From: an uncultured Acidobacteriota bacterium
Lineage (GTDB): Bacteria; Acidobacteriota; Terriglobia; Acidiferrales; UBA7541
Assembly (NCBI GenBank): GCA_963814635.1
Contig: CAWFDP010000001.1
Span: 145,250 to 209,249 of the forward strand
Reading direction: 5' to 3'
DNA: 64,000 nucleotides
The stretch's first letter is position 1; every line of letters starts with the position of its first letter. The position numbers were made by a program, and so were the translations under genes. This document shows positions 43,546 through 54,237 of this stretch, one piece after another. Under the pieces are notes generated by a model. It was not told the DNA's origin. It was given only the letters and a program-made list of their open reading frames with translations, and searched no databases.

Positions 43546-44931
43546 TTAGCGCCGAAGTGGTTCTGCCGGTTCCGCTAATTTCGGCGGCGCGTTGGAACCC
43601 AGCGATGCAACATCGGACGTCCCCGAGTATCCTAAAGGATTTTCGCCGATACTTTTGAAAAGCTTGAGTGCGTTAGTCTTGGCTTGAGGCATCGCTGCTT
43701 CCAGGCTACTGCGAATCGCCTGCCGATTGCCGTAGTTAAGGCGCACCTGAGCGAGGATTTCTTGCGCGGTGCTATAACGCGGGTCCGCGACCAGTGTTTC
43801 CGCTCCGATCGTGCGCATTACGCCGATAAATTTGTCGCTATAGGCAATCGGAACGGACGGAACACATTGGGAAAGCGCGGCGATGCAGGCGTGCATGCGC
43901 GCACCGACGAAGAAATCGCATTGGCCGATGACATATTTGATTTCGCGTTCGTCCAGGCCTTGTCGTACGACTTGCAAACGATCCCCATACTCGGCACCGA
44001 GTTCGTTATACAGACCCTCGCAGACGGCTACGTCGCTTTCGAAATTGGAATTTCCAAATACGTGCGGAATCAAAAGCAAAGTCACATTAGGATCTTGAAG
44101 GAAGAAACGGATGAGGCTGCGTGTGAATTCCGGATAGGAGAACTTGAGTCCGAACGCATTGTTCTGGTTGTAGCCCCCTTTGAACAGCAAGCCACTCACA
44201 TTGATGCCGACGACAGGCCCCTGCTGTTTGAAAGTTGAAAGACGGGAGAGCAGTGGGCAATCGGCAGGGCGAATGGGGTCAACCACGAATCCGACATCAT
44301 GGCTGAACCGGACCTTGCCACGCCCAACCGCAGTTCCGAGCAACTTCTCAACATCCGCTACACCCTTCAAGTCTCGCGAATATGCTCGATCCGAGCTTTG
44401 AATGATGAAACGGGCTACTGATTTGGCGATGGATGATGTGAAAGGTCCGTAGGTCTGCGGCAAGAGGATCAGTCGTTTATTCAACAATATGATCAAAATC
44501 TGAGGCAGGGAAACGTAAAAGAATCGCTCCAGGCCATAAATGTCGCTGAAGCTATCGCCGCCCGAGATTGCGGTGATTACGTCCATCTCACGGAGGTGCT
44601 TCAATATAGGATTTCTAGACAGGAATCTTTCCCTGAGTCCTCGAAACGGAATGCATTTTGCGACCAGGCCCCGAAGTATTAAATATGCGATATGGTTGTG
44701 TTGCCAAAACTTCTTTGAAAAGCGAATGTTCCACAGCGGAACTTCAATGGTTCGTTCGCCAAACTTGAGCTTCCAGCTATTTGGCTCGCGGCCATAATCC
44801 AGTATGGAGATTTCCGCTTGTGGATAGGCCTGAAGCAGGCACTGCGCCGTGCCGACAGTAAGCACATTTACGCCAAAATTGTTGGTTCCGAGAGCAGAAC
44901 CCAAAAGGCAAAATTTGCTGTAGGTGCTCAT
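43546..44931 (-). CDS. polysaccharide pyruvyl transferase (WcaK/AmsJ-like)
   Basis: GGDSFSDIYG motif with matching size and context. A 4-nt overlap with the upstream flippase gene. Confidence 0.8.
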   Translation of the reverse strand: MSTYSKFCLLGSALGTNNFGVNVLTVGTAQCLLQAYPQAEISILDYGREPNSWKLKFGERTIEVPLWNIRFSKKFWQHNHIAYLILRGLVAKCIPFRGLRERFLSRNPILKHLREMDVITAISGGDSFSDIYGLERFFYVSLPQILIILLNKRLILLPQTYGPFTSSIAKSVARFIIQSSDRAYSRDLKGVADVEKLLGTAVGRGKVRFSHDVGFVVDPIRPADCPLLSRLSTFKQQGPVVGINVSGLLFKGGYNQNNAFGLKFSYPEFTRSLIRFFLQDPNVTLLLIPHVFGNSNFESDVAVCEGLYNELGAEYGDRLQVVRQGLDEREIKYVIGQCDFFVGARMHACIAALSQCVPSVPIAYSDKFIGVMRTIGAETLVADPRYSTAQEILAQVRLNYGNRQAIRSSLEAAMPQAKTNALKLFKSIGENPLGYSGTSDVASLGSNAPPKLAEPAEPLRR

Positions 44932-46496
44932 AGCGATTCGAATTCCGCTTTCTCGGGTATCGAGCCGTCTGCCAGCCTGCTGTCCTCTCCGGATTTCAGA
45001 GACTTCGATTCCTCCACGGAGTCACCTAGAACAAACTTCCAGGTTGTGGGGTTATGTGCCCATTTGCGCAGTTCGCCATCGGTCAGATAGAGGAGACTGC
45101 CTGCAACAACCGCAGAGAGCGCGACACAGATTGCGAGACTGAGTATTGGCGGATAGTTTTGATCTAAATGGCGCGCAGTAATAAGGAAATTCAATCCACC
45201 AACACCGGTCGCAGCGACAAATGCCGGCATGATGGCGGAAAGGAATTGGCGAATTGTAATTTGCGAGACTCGAAACAAGAGCACTAGATGCAAGGGCGCA
45301 TCGATGAGCAAAGAAACCAGCAAACGGGCGAGGGCAATTCCCAAAATCTGCTTCGAAATCGGGGCATTGCGAAGCAGCATTGCCACGCTGACCAATGCGA
45401 TCGTAACCAGAATCGCATCGATCCAACACAAGAAAGCCAAAAGGTGCGGTTTCGAGCGAGCCTGCAGCAAAGGTCCGGTGAACTGAATAAACGAAGAGAC
45501 AATTCCACCTAGCGCCAGTAAGGCCAGGACGGGAACGGCCGGCATCCATTTCGTTCCCACAACACTGATGATGATTCTGCTTGATCCTGCAATTCCGGCC
45601 AAAATCGGCAGCGTCAATATTGTGCTCATTCGTATGCAAAACTGAACACTCTTGCGCAATTCTTCAGGTTTGTCCTGCAGCCGGGAAAACTGAGGAAAGG
45701 AGGCAACTTGCAGCGAACTTGTCAGTACCTGAAGCACCAGGGAAACCAGACGCTGGGCGAATCGGTACAGTCCAACTGCGACCGGTCCGAAGAAAATGCC
45801 CATGAAAAATGCTTCCGACTGGACGTTGGCGAATACACCGATTTTCGCAGCGAAATTAGCGAGCGAAAAACTTAGCAGATCTTTGATGCACTGAAGGGAA
45901 AACCGGAACCGCGGTCGCCAGTGACTCAGTCCCCACAGAAGGGTGAGCGCACAAACATCCTGGGTAATGCGCTGTCCAACCAGCGAATAGGGGCCGAAGC
46001 CCTTTAGTGCCATCCCCACACCCACCAAACCGCCCACAAGGAACGAAATATTGGAGCGAATCGAGAGACTCTTGAAGTCCATATTCCGTTGAAAAAGTGC
46101 TTTCTGAACAACGGTGAGAGCCTCGAGAGGGATGGTGATGGAGAGTAGGGAAATGATCGTGGCAAGTTTCGGCAGGTGATTTGCCGCACTCCACCACGGA
46201 CTAAAGCCCAGGCTCAGGCCAACAAGGATGGTGCTGATAGCCAGCACCATCCAAAAAACGGAATCGAGATGTTCAGGATCGAGATCCTTCCTTTGAATCA
46301 GAGCTGCCACCAGCCCTTGATCCAGGAACATCTGCAGAAAGAGGATATAAACGAGCGCGATTGCGACGATGCCAAAATCGCCAGGTCCAATGATTGCCGC
46401 GAGGACGAATGACAGAAGCGCGGACAGCCCCTGTTCTCCCCAGTTCATCAAATAGGCCCATTTGATGGCCTTACCGAAATTGCGATTTTCAGACAT
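44928..46496 (-). CDS. wzx: Wzx-type oligosaccharide flippase (MOP/PST family)
   Basis: 522-aa polytopic ORF. The N-terminus (GEQGLSALLSFVLAAIIGPGDFGIVAIALVYILFLQMFLDQGLVAALIQ) is typical of PST flippases. Confidence 0.85.
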   Translation of the reverse strand: MSENRNFGKAIKWAYLMNWGEQGLSALLSFVLAAIIGPGDFGIVAIALVYILFLQMFLDQGLVAALIQRKDLDPEHLDSVFWMVLAISTILVGLSLGFSPWWSAANHLPKLATIISLLSITIPLEALTVVQKALFQRNMDFKSLSIRSNISFLVGGLVGVGMALKGFGPYSLVGQRITQDVCALTLLWGLSHWRPRFRFSLQCIKDLLSFSLANFAAKIGVFANVQSEAFFMGIFFGPVAVGLYRFAQRLVSLVLQVLTSSLQVASFPQFSRLQDKPEELRKSVQFCIRMSTILTLPILAGIAGSSRIIISVVGTKWMPAVPVLALLALGGIVSSFIQFTGPLLQARSKPHLLAFLCWIDAILVTIALVSVAMLLRNAPISKQILGIALARLLVSLLIDAPLHLVLLFRVSQITIRQFLSAIMPAFVAATGVGGLNFLITARHLDQNYPPILSLAICVALSAVVAGSLLYLTDGELRKWAHNPTTWKFVLGDSVEESKSLKSGEDSRLADGSIPEKAEFESL

Positions 46497-46518
46497 GAAA
46501 AGTGTCGAGCGGTCCTCT

Positions 46519-47925
46519 CTAGGTACGACTGATTTTCGCTACGGCAAGCAATTCCGTCCCGAGCAGTCCGTCGGCAAGTCCGAGCGTGAGTTTGCGCGGA
46601 AGTTCCATGCGCTCGCTCGAGGTGGTACGAAGGGTTGCTACTCGAAGTCCCGCTTCCCGTAGCCAACGACGAAGTCTGGCCGGGCCGGTTTTTTGCACGC
46701 CGGTTTTGTCAAAGTCACCAAGATTTCGATGCCCATTGCCCTGGCGCCAGCGCAACATTCGAGCGGAGAATTTCTCGGTATTCGGCACTCGAACGATCAC
46801 GCTTCCATCCTTTGCCATAAGATTCGACAGAACCTTCAGAAACGCTGCCGGATCGGGAACCAGGTGCAATATATTTGAGGCGACCACACAGTCGAACCGG
46901 GTATCACCAAGGGACGAGACAAGATGCGAGAAGTCGGTCCCGATCACCTGTACTCCGCGGGACTTTGTGCACTCCCCGATCACATCGTCTAGTGGAAGCG
47001 AACTGACCCGCTTTCCGCCGTTCACCAGAACCGACTCTAATTCTCCCGATCCGCTCCCAATTGAAAGAATACGTGTTGCCGAGCTGGGCACAAGGTCCAG
47101 CAGCGCTTTTGAGGCAGGTTCGTAATAGCTCTTTGACCACATGGCTTGTGGCAGCTTGGTGCTGAGCGGATAGCCAAATCCAACCTCTTGGCGGATCGTT
47201 TCCGGATGCAGCAACTTCCGGACTTGCACCGTCATCAACTCCTCGGGAAGCCCCATTTTGCCGATATATTTGTTGGGTAGATGTGGGATCACGAAGTCGT
47301 TCAGCGTAGAGATGCAGATCATCTTTCGAAACCCGCACTGGGTGTAGGGATCGGTTGCCGCGGAACAAAGCAAGTCATACCGACTCGAATGAGGCTCCAC
47401 TAGAAAACCGCCCGACTGAATCGCCTTTTTTAGCTGGTTAGCCGTCAGTACAAAGCACGCCGCGTGCTCGTTCGTAAAGTAGGCGAAGGTTTCTCCGCCA
47501 CACTGGCGTACCGAGCCAGGATCCCAATGAAAGTGGCTATGGACAGTGGAAAAGTATCGCTTTCCTTGCTCGTCCTTTTCATAGCGCAGAAAGCCAGCGA
47601 TCTCGCTCTCAGGCAGCAGCGAAGTGGCGTGCAAGAAGGCGTCGATATTCTCTTTGTGAAGCGGCGTGTCATCTTCCGAGTAGATGAACAGGTCGAATTC
47701 GTTCTGGCGCTCTGCGAACAGCTTTTTGTGGGCGAAGGGCAATGACCATGGGTCCTTGCCCGGCAGTCCGACGATTACTTCAACGTCAGGGCCGAGGTCT
47801 TTAGGAAGATTGGTTAGAACGGCGACGTGCACCTCGTAAGGAATGGCGCGGTAGGCCGTAAGCAACTGTTGCAGGTAGCCATCGTTCTTGCTGCCATAGT
47901 TCGCAATTGCCACCAAGACCTTCAT
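46519..47925 (-). CDS. two-domain protein: uncharacterised N-terminal alpha/beta (GT-A-like?) domain plus a C-terminal class I SAM methyltransferase
   Basis: The methyltransferase motif is ILSIGSGSGELE ... FDCVVASNILHLVPDP. The start is set at Met41 (cat at 47923..47925) because GAGGAA lies 8 nt upstream; the longer ORF would run over the promoter candidate. Confidence 0.7.
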   Translation of the reverse strand: MKVLVAIANYGSKNDGYLQQLLTAYRAIPYEVHVAVLTNLPKDLGPDVEVIVGLPGKDPWSLPFAHKKLFAERQNEFDLFIYSEDDTPLHKENIDAFLHATSLLPESEIAGFLRYEKDEQGKRYFSTVHSHFHWDPGSVRQCGGETFAYFTNEHAACFVLTANQLKKAIQSGGFLVEPHSSRYDLLCSAATDPYTQCGFRKMICISTLNDFVIPHLPNKYIGKMGLPEELMTVQVRKLLHPETIRQEVGFGYPLSTKLPQAMWSKSYYEPASKALLDLVPSSATRILSIGSGSGELESVLVNGGKRVSSLPLDDVIGECTKSRGVQVIGTDFSHLVSSLGDTRFDCVVASNILHLVPDPAAFLKVLSNLMAKDGSVIVRVPNTEKFSARMLRWRQGNGHRNLGDFDKTGVQKTGPARLRRWLREAGLRVATLRTTSSERMELPRKLTLGLADGLLGTELLAVAKISRT

Positions 47926-48026
47926 TCCCGGTTTCCTCTTTGCTCCCATCATACGGTTCGATACAGAATAGGATACGCTACGGTGGGCAGCGGGTGACTT
48001 GCCCGAAAACTGTACCCTCGGGCAGT

Positions 48027-48042
48027 AGCATTCACCATGCCA
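48027..48042 (-). promoter_or_regulatory. candidate sigma-54 (-24/-12) promoter
   Basis: The minus strand reads TGGCAT-GGTGA-ATGCT, a 9 of 11 match with correct spacing, about 100 nt upstream of the ATG at 47925. Confidence 0.45.
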
Positions 48043-48158
48043 CACTGGCTTAAACTTGGGTGGTAGAGCGTAGAGCGGTTTTCAGCCCGTAACTCTCCGA
48101 GATAGACCGACCGCACCCGTCGGAACAGGGCACATCGGTTAAGATGTGACGGCCTCGA

Positions 48159-49679
48159 ATGAAAAGGAAGACCATGATGCAATTAAAGTTAAAGCCGATT
48201 TCAGCCATTTCCACATTCCTAGCGGTGCTTTCCTTTGCCGTTCCAGGCACCAGCCGCGCCGCGTGCCATGTCATCACACATACCGGCGGAGGAACCAACA
48301 GCGGCGCGGATTGGAATAATCCCTGCAACGGTTTCACCGGGAATTGCGCTGGCAGCGCGATGAAGCGCGGCGATGTCTATTATGTCGCGGGAGGAGCCGG
48401 TGGTTCGTATACGAACTCAGCTAATGCGCCCGTTCTAAGAGTAACTACCGCCGTTTCTGGAACGACTCCGATCACAATCAAAGCCGCAACCATTGCCGAC
48501 CACTGCACCTCGACTGGATTCGTTCAGAGCGTCCATGCGGTGGACGGAGGCGCAGGACAGGCTGACTTCGTAACGGCTGGAAACGGTGTCTTCGAAGCGG
48601 CCACAAGCTATGTGGTGTTCGACGGGAATTTCAGCGCATCGGATACCAGCAGCGCTTGGGGCAATCCAGGTCACGCTTGCGCTGGAACTCAATGCGGCAT
48701 CCTGTCCAACCAGCGCGTTATCAGTCCGGTCTCGGCTTCAAGTTTGTCCACGTACGGCGTATATATCGATGCGAATGTTACAAACGTGACGGTGCGCTCT
48801 ATCGAGTTTGCCGGAGCTTGGTCTGCCGCAGGAAACTTGGGTATCGGAACAGATTTTATTCGCACGCCCAGCGGCGGTAGCGGCATGCTCTTTACGCACA
48901 ACTACTTGCACGATTCCAGCCAGGCGTATTTTCAGATCTATGGCTCTAACGGTACGGTGATCAGCTATAACTACATGTATAAGAACTATAGCCATGTGAC
49001 CTCGCCAGCGGTCCACGGCAGCTGCGTTGAGATGAGCGGGAATACCAACCTGAGTTTTGCATTTAACGCCGTCCAGGACTCTCAAGGTACCGCGTGCATC
49101 AGCGAACTCAGCAGCGGTCTTACTTCTTCCAGCGGCGTAATGGTCTTCGGAAACGTCTTTTGGATGACCCCTGGGAACCCGAACGGTCTGGTAGGTGGCT
49201 ATGACAACGGAATCGTGTCATGCACCAACGGCCAAGTTTGTACGGGCTGGAAGGTCTACAACAATACGATCGTGAATGAAAGTATAAGCACAAACAACTC
49301 TCTAAACGGTGGCAATCCGGTAGGCGCAGGGAGCTCCATCGCCGTGTATAACAATCTTTTCTACAACTCCGCTGGAGCCAACAACCAGTGCGCGCATTGG
49401 ACCGGTTCTTGCGTATACGACTACAACTCTTATTCCGGAACGACGCAGAACACGCCCGGCGCACATGACGTAACGACGACTGCAAATCCTTTCGTTAACC
49501 TGGCGGTTGGCAACTTCCATCTAACTACCGATCAGAGCGCCTGGTATTCACTTAGTTCGCCCTTCAACATGGACATGGACGGTGTGGGCCGCAATTCTAG
49601 CCGTGGCGCCTTCCAATACGTTTCGGGGACTTCCGCCACCACTGCTCCGCCGAGCTCGCTAACAGCAACGGTGCAGTAG
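48159..49679 (+). CDS. secreted right-handed beta-helix protein, paralog of 34922..36724
   Basis: 506-aa ORF with a signal peptide (ISTFLAVLSFAVPGTSRAA). ATG 48174 has the better SD (AGGAAG), so the start may be 15 nt later. Confidence 0.8.
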   Translation: MKRKTMMQLKLKPISAISTFLAVLSFAVPGTSRAACHVITHTGGGTNSGADWNNPCNGFTGNCAGSAMKRGDVYYVAGGAGGSYTNSANAPVLRVTTAVSGTTPITIKAATIADHCTSTGFVQSVHAVDGGAGQADFVTAGNGVFEAATSYVVFDGNFSASDTSSAWGNPGHACAGTQCGILSNQRVISPVSASSLSTYGVYIDANVTNVTVRSIEFAGAWSAAGNLGIGTDFIRTPSGGSGMLFTHNYLHDSSQAYFQIYGSNGTVISYNYMYKNYSHVTSPAVHGSCVEMSGNTNLSFAFNAVQDSQGTACISELSSGLTSSSGVMVFGNVFWMTPGNPNGLVGGYDNGIVSCTNGQVCTGWKVYNNTIVNESISTNNSLNGGNPVGAGSSIAVYNNLFYNSAGANNQCAHWTGSCVYDYNSYSGTTQNTPGAHDVTTTANPFVNLAVGNFHLTTDQSAWYSLSSPFNMDMDGVGRNSSRGAFQYVSGTSATTAPPSSLTATVQ

Positions 49680-49692
49680 AGGACTCCGATTC

Positions 49693-51702
49693 CTAGTGGC
49701 TCGGCCGTTCTTTGCGAGTCATGATTTTGCGAATCTTCCAGGTCGAAATTGCAAAACCCAGCGCCACGGCCACTAGAACGAAAATGAGAGCGTACAGCCG
49801 AGCGTATCCACCTACTTTTTCCGGGTCAATTTCCTGGTAATAGAAAGTTGTAAGCCGGATTCCGAGCCGGCTCCGTGCGATCACCAGGTCGCGGAAATCG
49901 GAGATTCCTCGAAGCAGGTCGCTTCGAAGATTAGATCTCGAAACACTCACTTGTCCCAGGTCCTGTGGAATATCGTAGTTGATCGTCAGCAGACGAGTCC
50001 CGCCAGCCGGGACTACTAAATGAATTGTTAAGAAGTCGCCCTGCCTCTCGTAAGCGACCGGCTGTCCATCAACGATCACGGCCCGGACGGCCGGATGGAA
50101 CGACTCTTGTTTCACCACATTGAAAACGCGATCTTGGGAATCGGGATTCGAAATCGCGAGTTCATTTGACAAGGCACGCAGGTCAAATTGCCCGTCGTCA
50201 CGCCGCTTGATCAAATAATTGCGTCGAACGACCTCACCGAGGCTGGTCCAGGTGACACTAGGATTTAGCTCATTGATTTGATCTGCCAGCGGATCAAACG
50301 CGCCAATACCGGACGCAAAAAAATCCTGATGAGCGTAAAGAAGAATGGGATTGCCAAGAAACGATTGAATCGCCAAAAATGTGCTGGTCAATCCTCCGTC
50401 TGCGGCATATCTCCGAATGCTGGGAAAATTCTCGTATTCCAGCGTCACATTATTGAAACGAAAGAGAGGATCAGCAGGGGGAGTCACTCCCTGCGGCACC
50501 GCTTCAGAATTGGTCGTCGCGAGAAAACCGTGTTCCTTCAAGAGTCCCAAGACTGGTTCGGGGCCGATGACGTGGGGAAATATCCATACTCGATCGTAGG
50601 GGATTTTCGTCAGGCGCGAGAACTCATTCATGCGTGCCAGCGCCTGTCGAATCCTGAATGTGTCCTTTTGCCGGGTCTGCTCGGAGTAATCGTAATTGGG
50701 GCCAGACAAAGCAAATTCAGTGTGACTGTGATCGTCGCCATGGGGGCAGATCGAAAACTGTTTGGGGTGGTTGAGGATCAGCGACACCACATCGGTCCGG
50801 CTGCGGTCGAAATTCCAGGGGATGAACGCTACCGTAGTATGGAAATGGTGTTTCTCCATCTCGACCTGCAAACTCGCGTAGCTCATCCGCCCATAAGGCT
50901 CGATAAGCCACGGATCATCGACAGTGAAGTTCGCGTATTTCCCCGAAAAATGCCAAGCGGTGTCCCCAGCAGCGGCCCGGGTGAACATCAGATATGGCGC
51001 TGCCCACTGCGAAAACACCGCCGGAAGATAAGAGATCGACTTGGACTGAGGAAGCGTGGCCCGTGGCGTTTGCGCAAGGAAAAACACAGTAATTTTATCG
51101 GATACATCCTCAACAAAGATCGGAAAGTGATTCGGACCGTCAACGATTTCCGTGACTGGTCGAAGAGTCGAGCTGCTCTTGGCTTTTAAGCATGTACGAT
51201 CGCTTGAGAATAGCGGCAGATCTTGGTCGCTGAGCTCCGCGCTGACGCGCTCGACGTTATCAACGTGAAGGACGGCGCCCTGGGAAAGACTCGGACACGT
51301 GTAGGCACTCTCGACTCGCCCGCCAGACCATTCCCGCAGTGTGTCGGCGTTGCTGTTGGGAGCCAGCCCGGCAATGAGGACCGAAACTGGTTTAGCATTC
51401 GGTCGGGAAAGCCATAGCAGCAGGTCACGACGATGAATTAGCGAAATTGCGTCCGGGGAGAGCACAACTCCCGCAACCTGCGGCTGGGCAAGAGTCCGAG
51501 GGATGTCCTTAGCGCCGTTGGCCAGATTCAATTCGACTAGCTCAAGACCATAAAACCGAGTTGCATTCTGAACCTGTTGCCTCAATTCATCAGAATTCCC
51601 GTTCTTGGTAATCAGGACGATTTGGCTTGCGCTAACATCAGGCACCCAAAAAAATGCGATTAGGATAAGCGCAAAAACAATGTTTCTGAAGTTTGGTTGC
51701 AT
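49693..51702 (-). CDS. membrane-anchored hypothetical protein, possible DUF2334/NodB-like deacetylase-fold domain
   Basis: 669-aa ORF with an N-terminal signal (IVFALILIAFFWVPDVSAS) and a C-terminal TM (LYALIFVLVAVALGFAISTW). The central part is FTVDDPWL...VAFIPWNFD...ICPHGDDHSH. Confidence 0.65.
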   Translation of the reverse strand: MQPNFRNIVFALILIAFFWVPDVSASQIVLITKNGNSDELRQQVQNATRFYGLELVELNLANGAKDIPRTLAQPQVAGVVLSPDAISLIHRRDLLLWLSRPNAKPVSVLIAGLAPNSNADTLREWSGGRVESAYTCPSLSQGAVLHVDNVERVSAELSDQDLPLFSSDRTCLKAKSSSTLRPVTEIVDGPNHFPIFVEDVSDKITVFFLAQTPRATLPQSKSISYLPAVFSQWAAPYLMFTRAAAGDTAWHFSGKYANFTVDDPWLIEPYGRMSYASLQVEMEKHHFHTTVAFIPWNFDRSRTDVVSLILNHPKQFSICPHGDDHSHTEFALSGPNYDYSEQTRQKDTFRIRQALARMNEFSRLTKIPYDRVWIFPHVIGPEPVLGLLKEHGFLATTNSEAVPQGVTPPADPLFRFNNVTLEYENFPSIRRYAADGGLTSTFLAIQSFLGNPILLYAHQDFFASGIGAFDPLADQINELNPSVTWTSLGEVVRRNYLIKRRDDGQFDLRALSNELAISNPDSQDRVFNVVKQESFHPAVRAVIVDGQPVAYERQGDFLTIHLVVPAGGTRLLTINYDIPQDLGQVSVSRSNLRSDLLRGISDFRDLVIARSRLGIRLTTFYYQEIDPEKVGGYARLYALIFVLVAVALGFAISTWKIRKIMTRKERPSH

Positions 51703-51783
51703 TAACTCCTTGGCCCCACCTATTTTGTGAACCTAGCCGAACCATAGTTCCACAGCAGTGCAAAGCGAATCGCAACGAACGGG

Positions 51784-53199
51784 TTACGATCGATTGGACA
51801 CCAGAGATCGCGCCGGGTACAGGCTCGGCGTCGCGGGTGCGACTGCTTCAGAAGTGGCTTCGGTCTTCGGCAAGACTCGCGGGTACGCGAGCGATACCGC
51901 AATCGTCATCCAGAGCATAAAACCGTTTTGTCCCCAGCCGTAGATCGCCACACTGAGCATAAGAAAATAGTACTGAAGCATATTCACGACGAGAATCCAC
52001 TGTAAATATCGATCCTGCTTTGGAAGTAACGGCAAACTGCGGACCCCTCGAACGGCGGCGCTTGCGAGAAGCAGAAAGAATATCCCCAGCCCCACAAAGC
52101 CGGTTTCGACCATGGCTTCAATCCATGCACTGTCGCAACTCTCGAAAAGGTGGCCTTCCTTTCCCATGAATGGCCCTTCAAGGTGGAGATAGTAAAAAGA
52201 CTCCATCCCATATCCCCAGAGTTCCGTCGCCGTACTTTTGGAAATCGCTTTAACCGAGACATCCCGCAGCGAATAGCGATACTGATACGAGCTGGCCATC
52301 GGATTATCAGGGGAGACGGTTTCGTCATAGAAGCCCGCAATGGTGTCGTAAACGCCTGGCCTCACAACCATCACCAGAACACACAACACGATGACCGCAA
52401 ACATGTATTTCTGGATAGGCCTCAGGGTATAAAAGAAGACCAATACAAAGCCGATCATCGCCGCGATCCATGGGCCTCGACTGCTCGTTTTATACAAGCA
52501 CAGGAACATCAAGAACACCGAGAGCCAGAGCAATACACGCTTGAATTTGGAATTGGCGGTGGCGATCAAATAAAAAGTCAGCGGAAGGATCATCGCCAGA
52601 GCGCCGCCGTACAGAATCGAGTGTTGGAACGTAGACTGAGTCCGGATTCCTCGAGCCTGATCTAATCCGAGATCGAAGCGCAGTCCTAAAGCCGGAAACC
52701 ACGAAGTGATACTCCACCCGGTATACGATTCGATGGCACCGGGAACGGTGGTTATCGCCATTGCGGCAACCATTGCCGTTACTATCTTTCGAACCGTTTC
52801 GGTGTTCGAGATCACCTTGAAAAAAATGAAATAGACGGCGTAATACTCCAATACCACGCTGAACAGCTTTTTGAAACTCATTAAGGGAACAATCGAATTT
52901 GCCGTCGACAGCAAGGACCAACCGAGCTGCAGAAAAATAAGGATCAGCAGGGGAGTCGAACTCGAGGAGGCAGTACCTTCGGGTTTTCGCCTAAACAGGA
53001 AAAAGCAAATGAGCAAGACTATGACCGCTAACCGCTGTGCGGACAAGCCAAAAACGCCGGGGATAGGAATCATGCAATTTTCAGGCAGCAAGACCGTGAA
53101 AAATGCAAAAGCGGGAAGCGCGTTTTCGACGCCCTTTTGCGACGATTTGTAAAGAAGCGTCGCAACGAGCAGCAGGTCGATGAGGATGACAAGGATCAT
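51784..53199 (-). CDS. O-antigen ligase/polymerase family membrane protein (Wzy-like)
   Basis: 471-aa ORF with more than 10 hydrophobic segments and a Wzy_C-like loop (YKTSSRGPWIAAMIGF). Confidence 0.8.
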   Translation of the reverse strand: MILVILIDLLLVATLLYKSSQKGVENALPAFAFFTVLLPENCMIPIPGVFGLSAQRLAVIVLLICFFLFRRKPEGTASSSSTPLLILIFLQLGWSLLSTANSIVPLMSFKKLFSVVLEYYAVYFIFFKVISNTETVRKIVTAMVAAMAITTVPGAIESYTGWSITSWFPALGLRFDLGLDQARGIRTQSTFQHSILYGGALAMILPLTFYLIATANSKFKRVLLWLSVFLMFLCLYKTSSRGPWIAAMIGFVLVFFYTLRPIQKYMFAVIVLCVLVMVVRPGVYDTIAGFYDETVSPDNPMASSYQYRYSLRDVSVKAISKSTATELWGYGMESFYYLHLEGPFMGKEGHLFESCDSAWIEAMVETGFVGLGIFFLLLASAAVRGVRSLPLLPKQDRYLQWILVVNMLQYYFLMLSVAIYGWGQNGFMLWMTIAVSLAYPRVLPKTEATSEAVAPATPSLYPARSLVSNRS

Positions 53200-53226
53200 T
53201 GTTTATGGCGAATACGTTAGCTATTG

Positions 53227-54213
53227 CTACGAGATTGCGGCAGAACCGACCGCGGCTGTGTTCGTCGCTAAAGGTTGTTGAAGTCCCAAGGACCAGCGCA
53301 GGATAGCCAGCCACTTGCTCATCGAGGATCTTAATTCCTGCCGTCTCTCCGCTCCGAACGGCAAAATCAGGAGAGCCGCGATCATGGTCATTCGAATGAC
53401 GGCAATGGGTATTCGCGAAACGCGAAAACTGCGCGCATAGAGTGAGCCGCGCATTTTGTTGAAATAAATCAATCTGGATTCCTGTTGCATGATGTGCGCG
53501 AAATTGCTCGGTCTCTTATTCGTGCTTTGTCCGTTGTAATGGATAACGCTCACCGAGGGAACGTAGTACGCGTTCCATCCGGTTCGATGCGCTTTCTGGC
53601 AAATGTCCACATCCTCAGAATACATGAAGTAGTCCGGGCTAAATCCGCCTATTTGCTCGAATACCGACCGCCGAATCATGAGACAAGCGCCGGAAATCAT
53701 GTCCACGCGCGTTGGCGAATTGCTTCCGCTGAAGAGCGCCGCCGTTCCCCACAAGCGTGATTTCGGAAACCATCGATGAAGTACATCGGCATCGAGGGTT
53801 TGGTTTAAAAGAGTCGGGAAAGCCTGAACGGCCGTGGTCTGCACAGACCCGTCCGAATTGAGAATGCGGCAGCCGACGATTCCAGCATCCTGGTGGGCTT
53901 CCAGGCAATCCTTCATGACCTCTAGAGCGTTAGCCGCGAGTTTTGTATCAGGGTTCAGGAACAGCAGATTGCGTCCGGTCGCAGATGCGGCCGCAGCATT
54001 ATTGCCTCGAGAAAAGCCGAGATTGTCCGGGCTCTGAAGGTACTTAACCTTAGCGAACTCACGCTGCACCATTTCCGCGGAGCCATCAAAAGAGGCGTTA
54101 TCAATGACAATAGTTTCGTAACTGAAATGCGGCGGGTTTTCCTCGATGCTCTTTAGGCAATCGCGCAGGAAATCTCGCGAATTCCAATTAATGATGATTA
54201 TCGATAGTTCCAC
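53227..54213 (-). CDS. family 2 glycosyltransferase
   Basis: LSIIIINWNSRDFLRDCLKSI ... IVIDNASFDGS, the GT-A pattern. Confidence 0.85.
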   Translation of the reverse strand: MELSIIIINWNSRDFLRDCLKSIEENPPHFSYETIVIDNASFDGSAEMVQREFAKVKYLQSPDNLGFSRGNNAAAASATGRNLLFLNPDTKLAANALEVMKDCLEAHQDAGIVGCRILNSDGSVQTTAVQAFPTLLNQTLDADVLHRWFPKSRLWGTAALFSGSNSPTRVDMISGACLMIRRSVFEQIGGFSPDYFMYSEDVDICQKAHRTGWNAYYVPSVSVIHYNGQSTNKRPSNFAHIMQQESRLIYFNKMRGSLYARSFRVSRIPIAVIRMTMIAALLILPFGAERRQELRSSMSKWLAILRWSLGLQQPLATNTAAVGSAAIS

Positions 54214-54237
54214 AGTGTTTGCCGCGGTCGAACGTTC

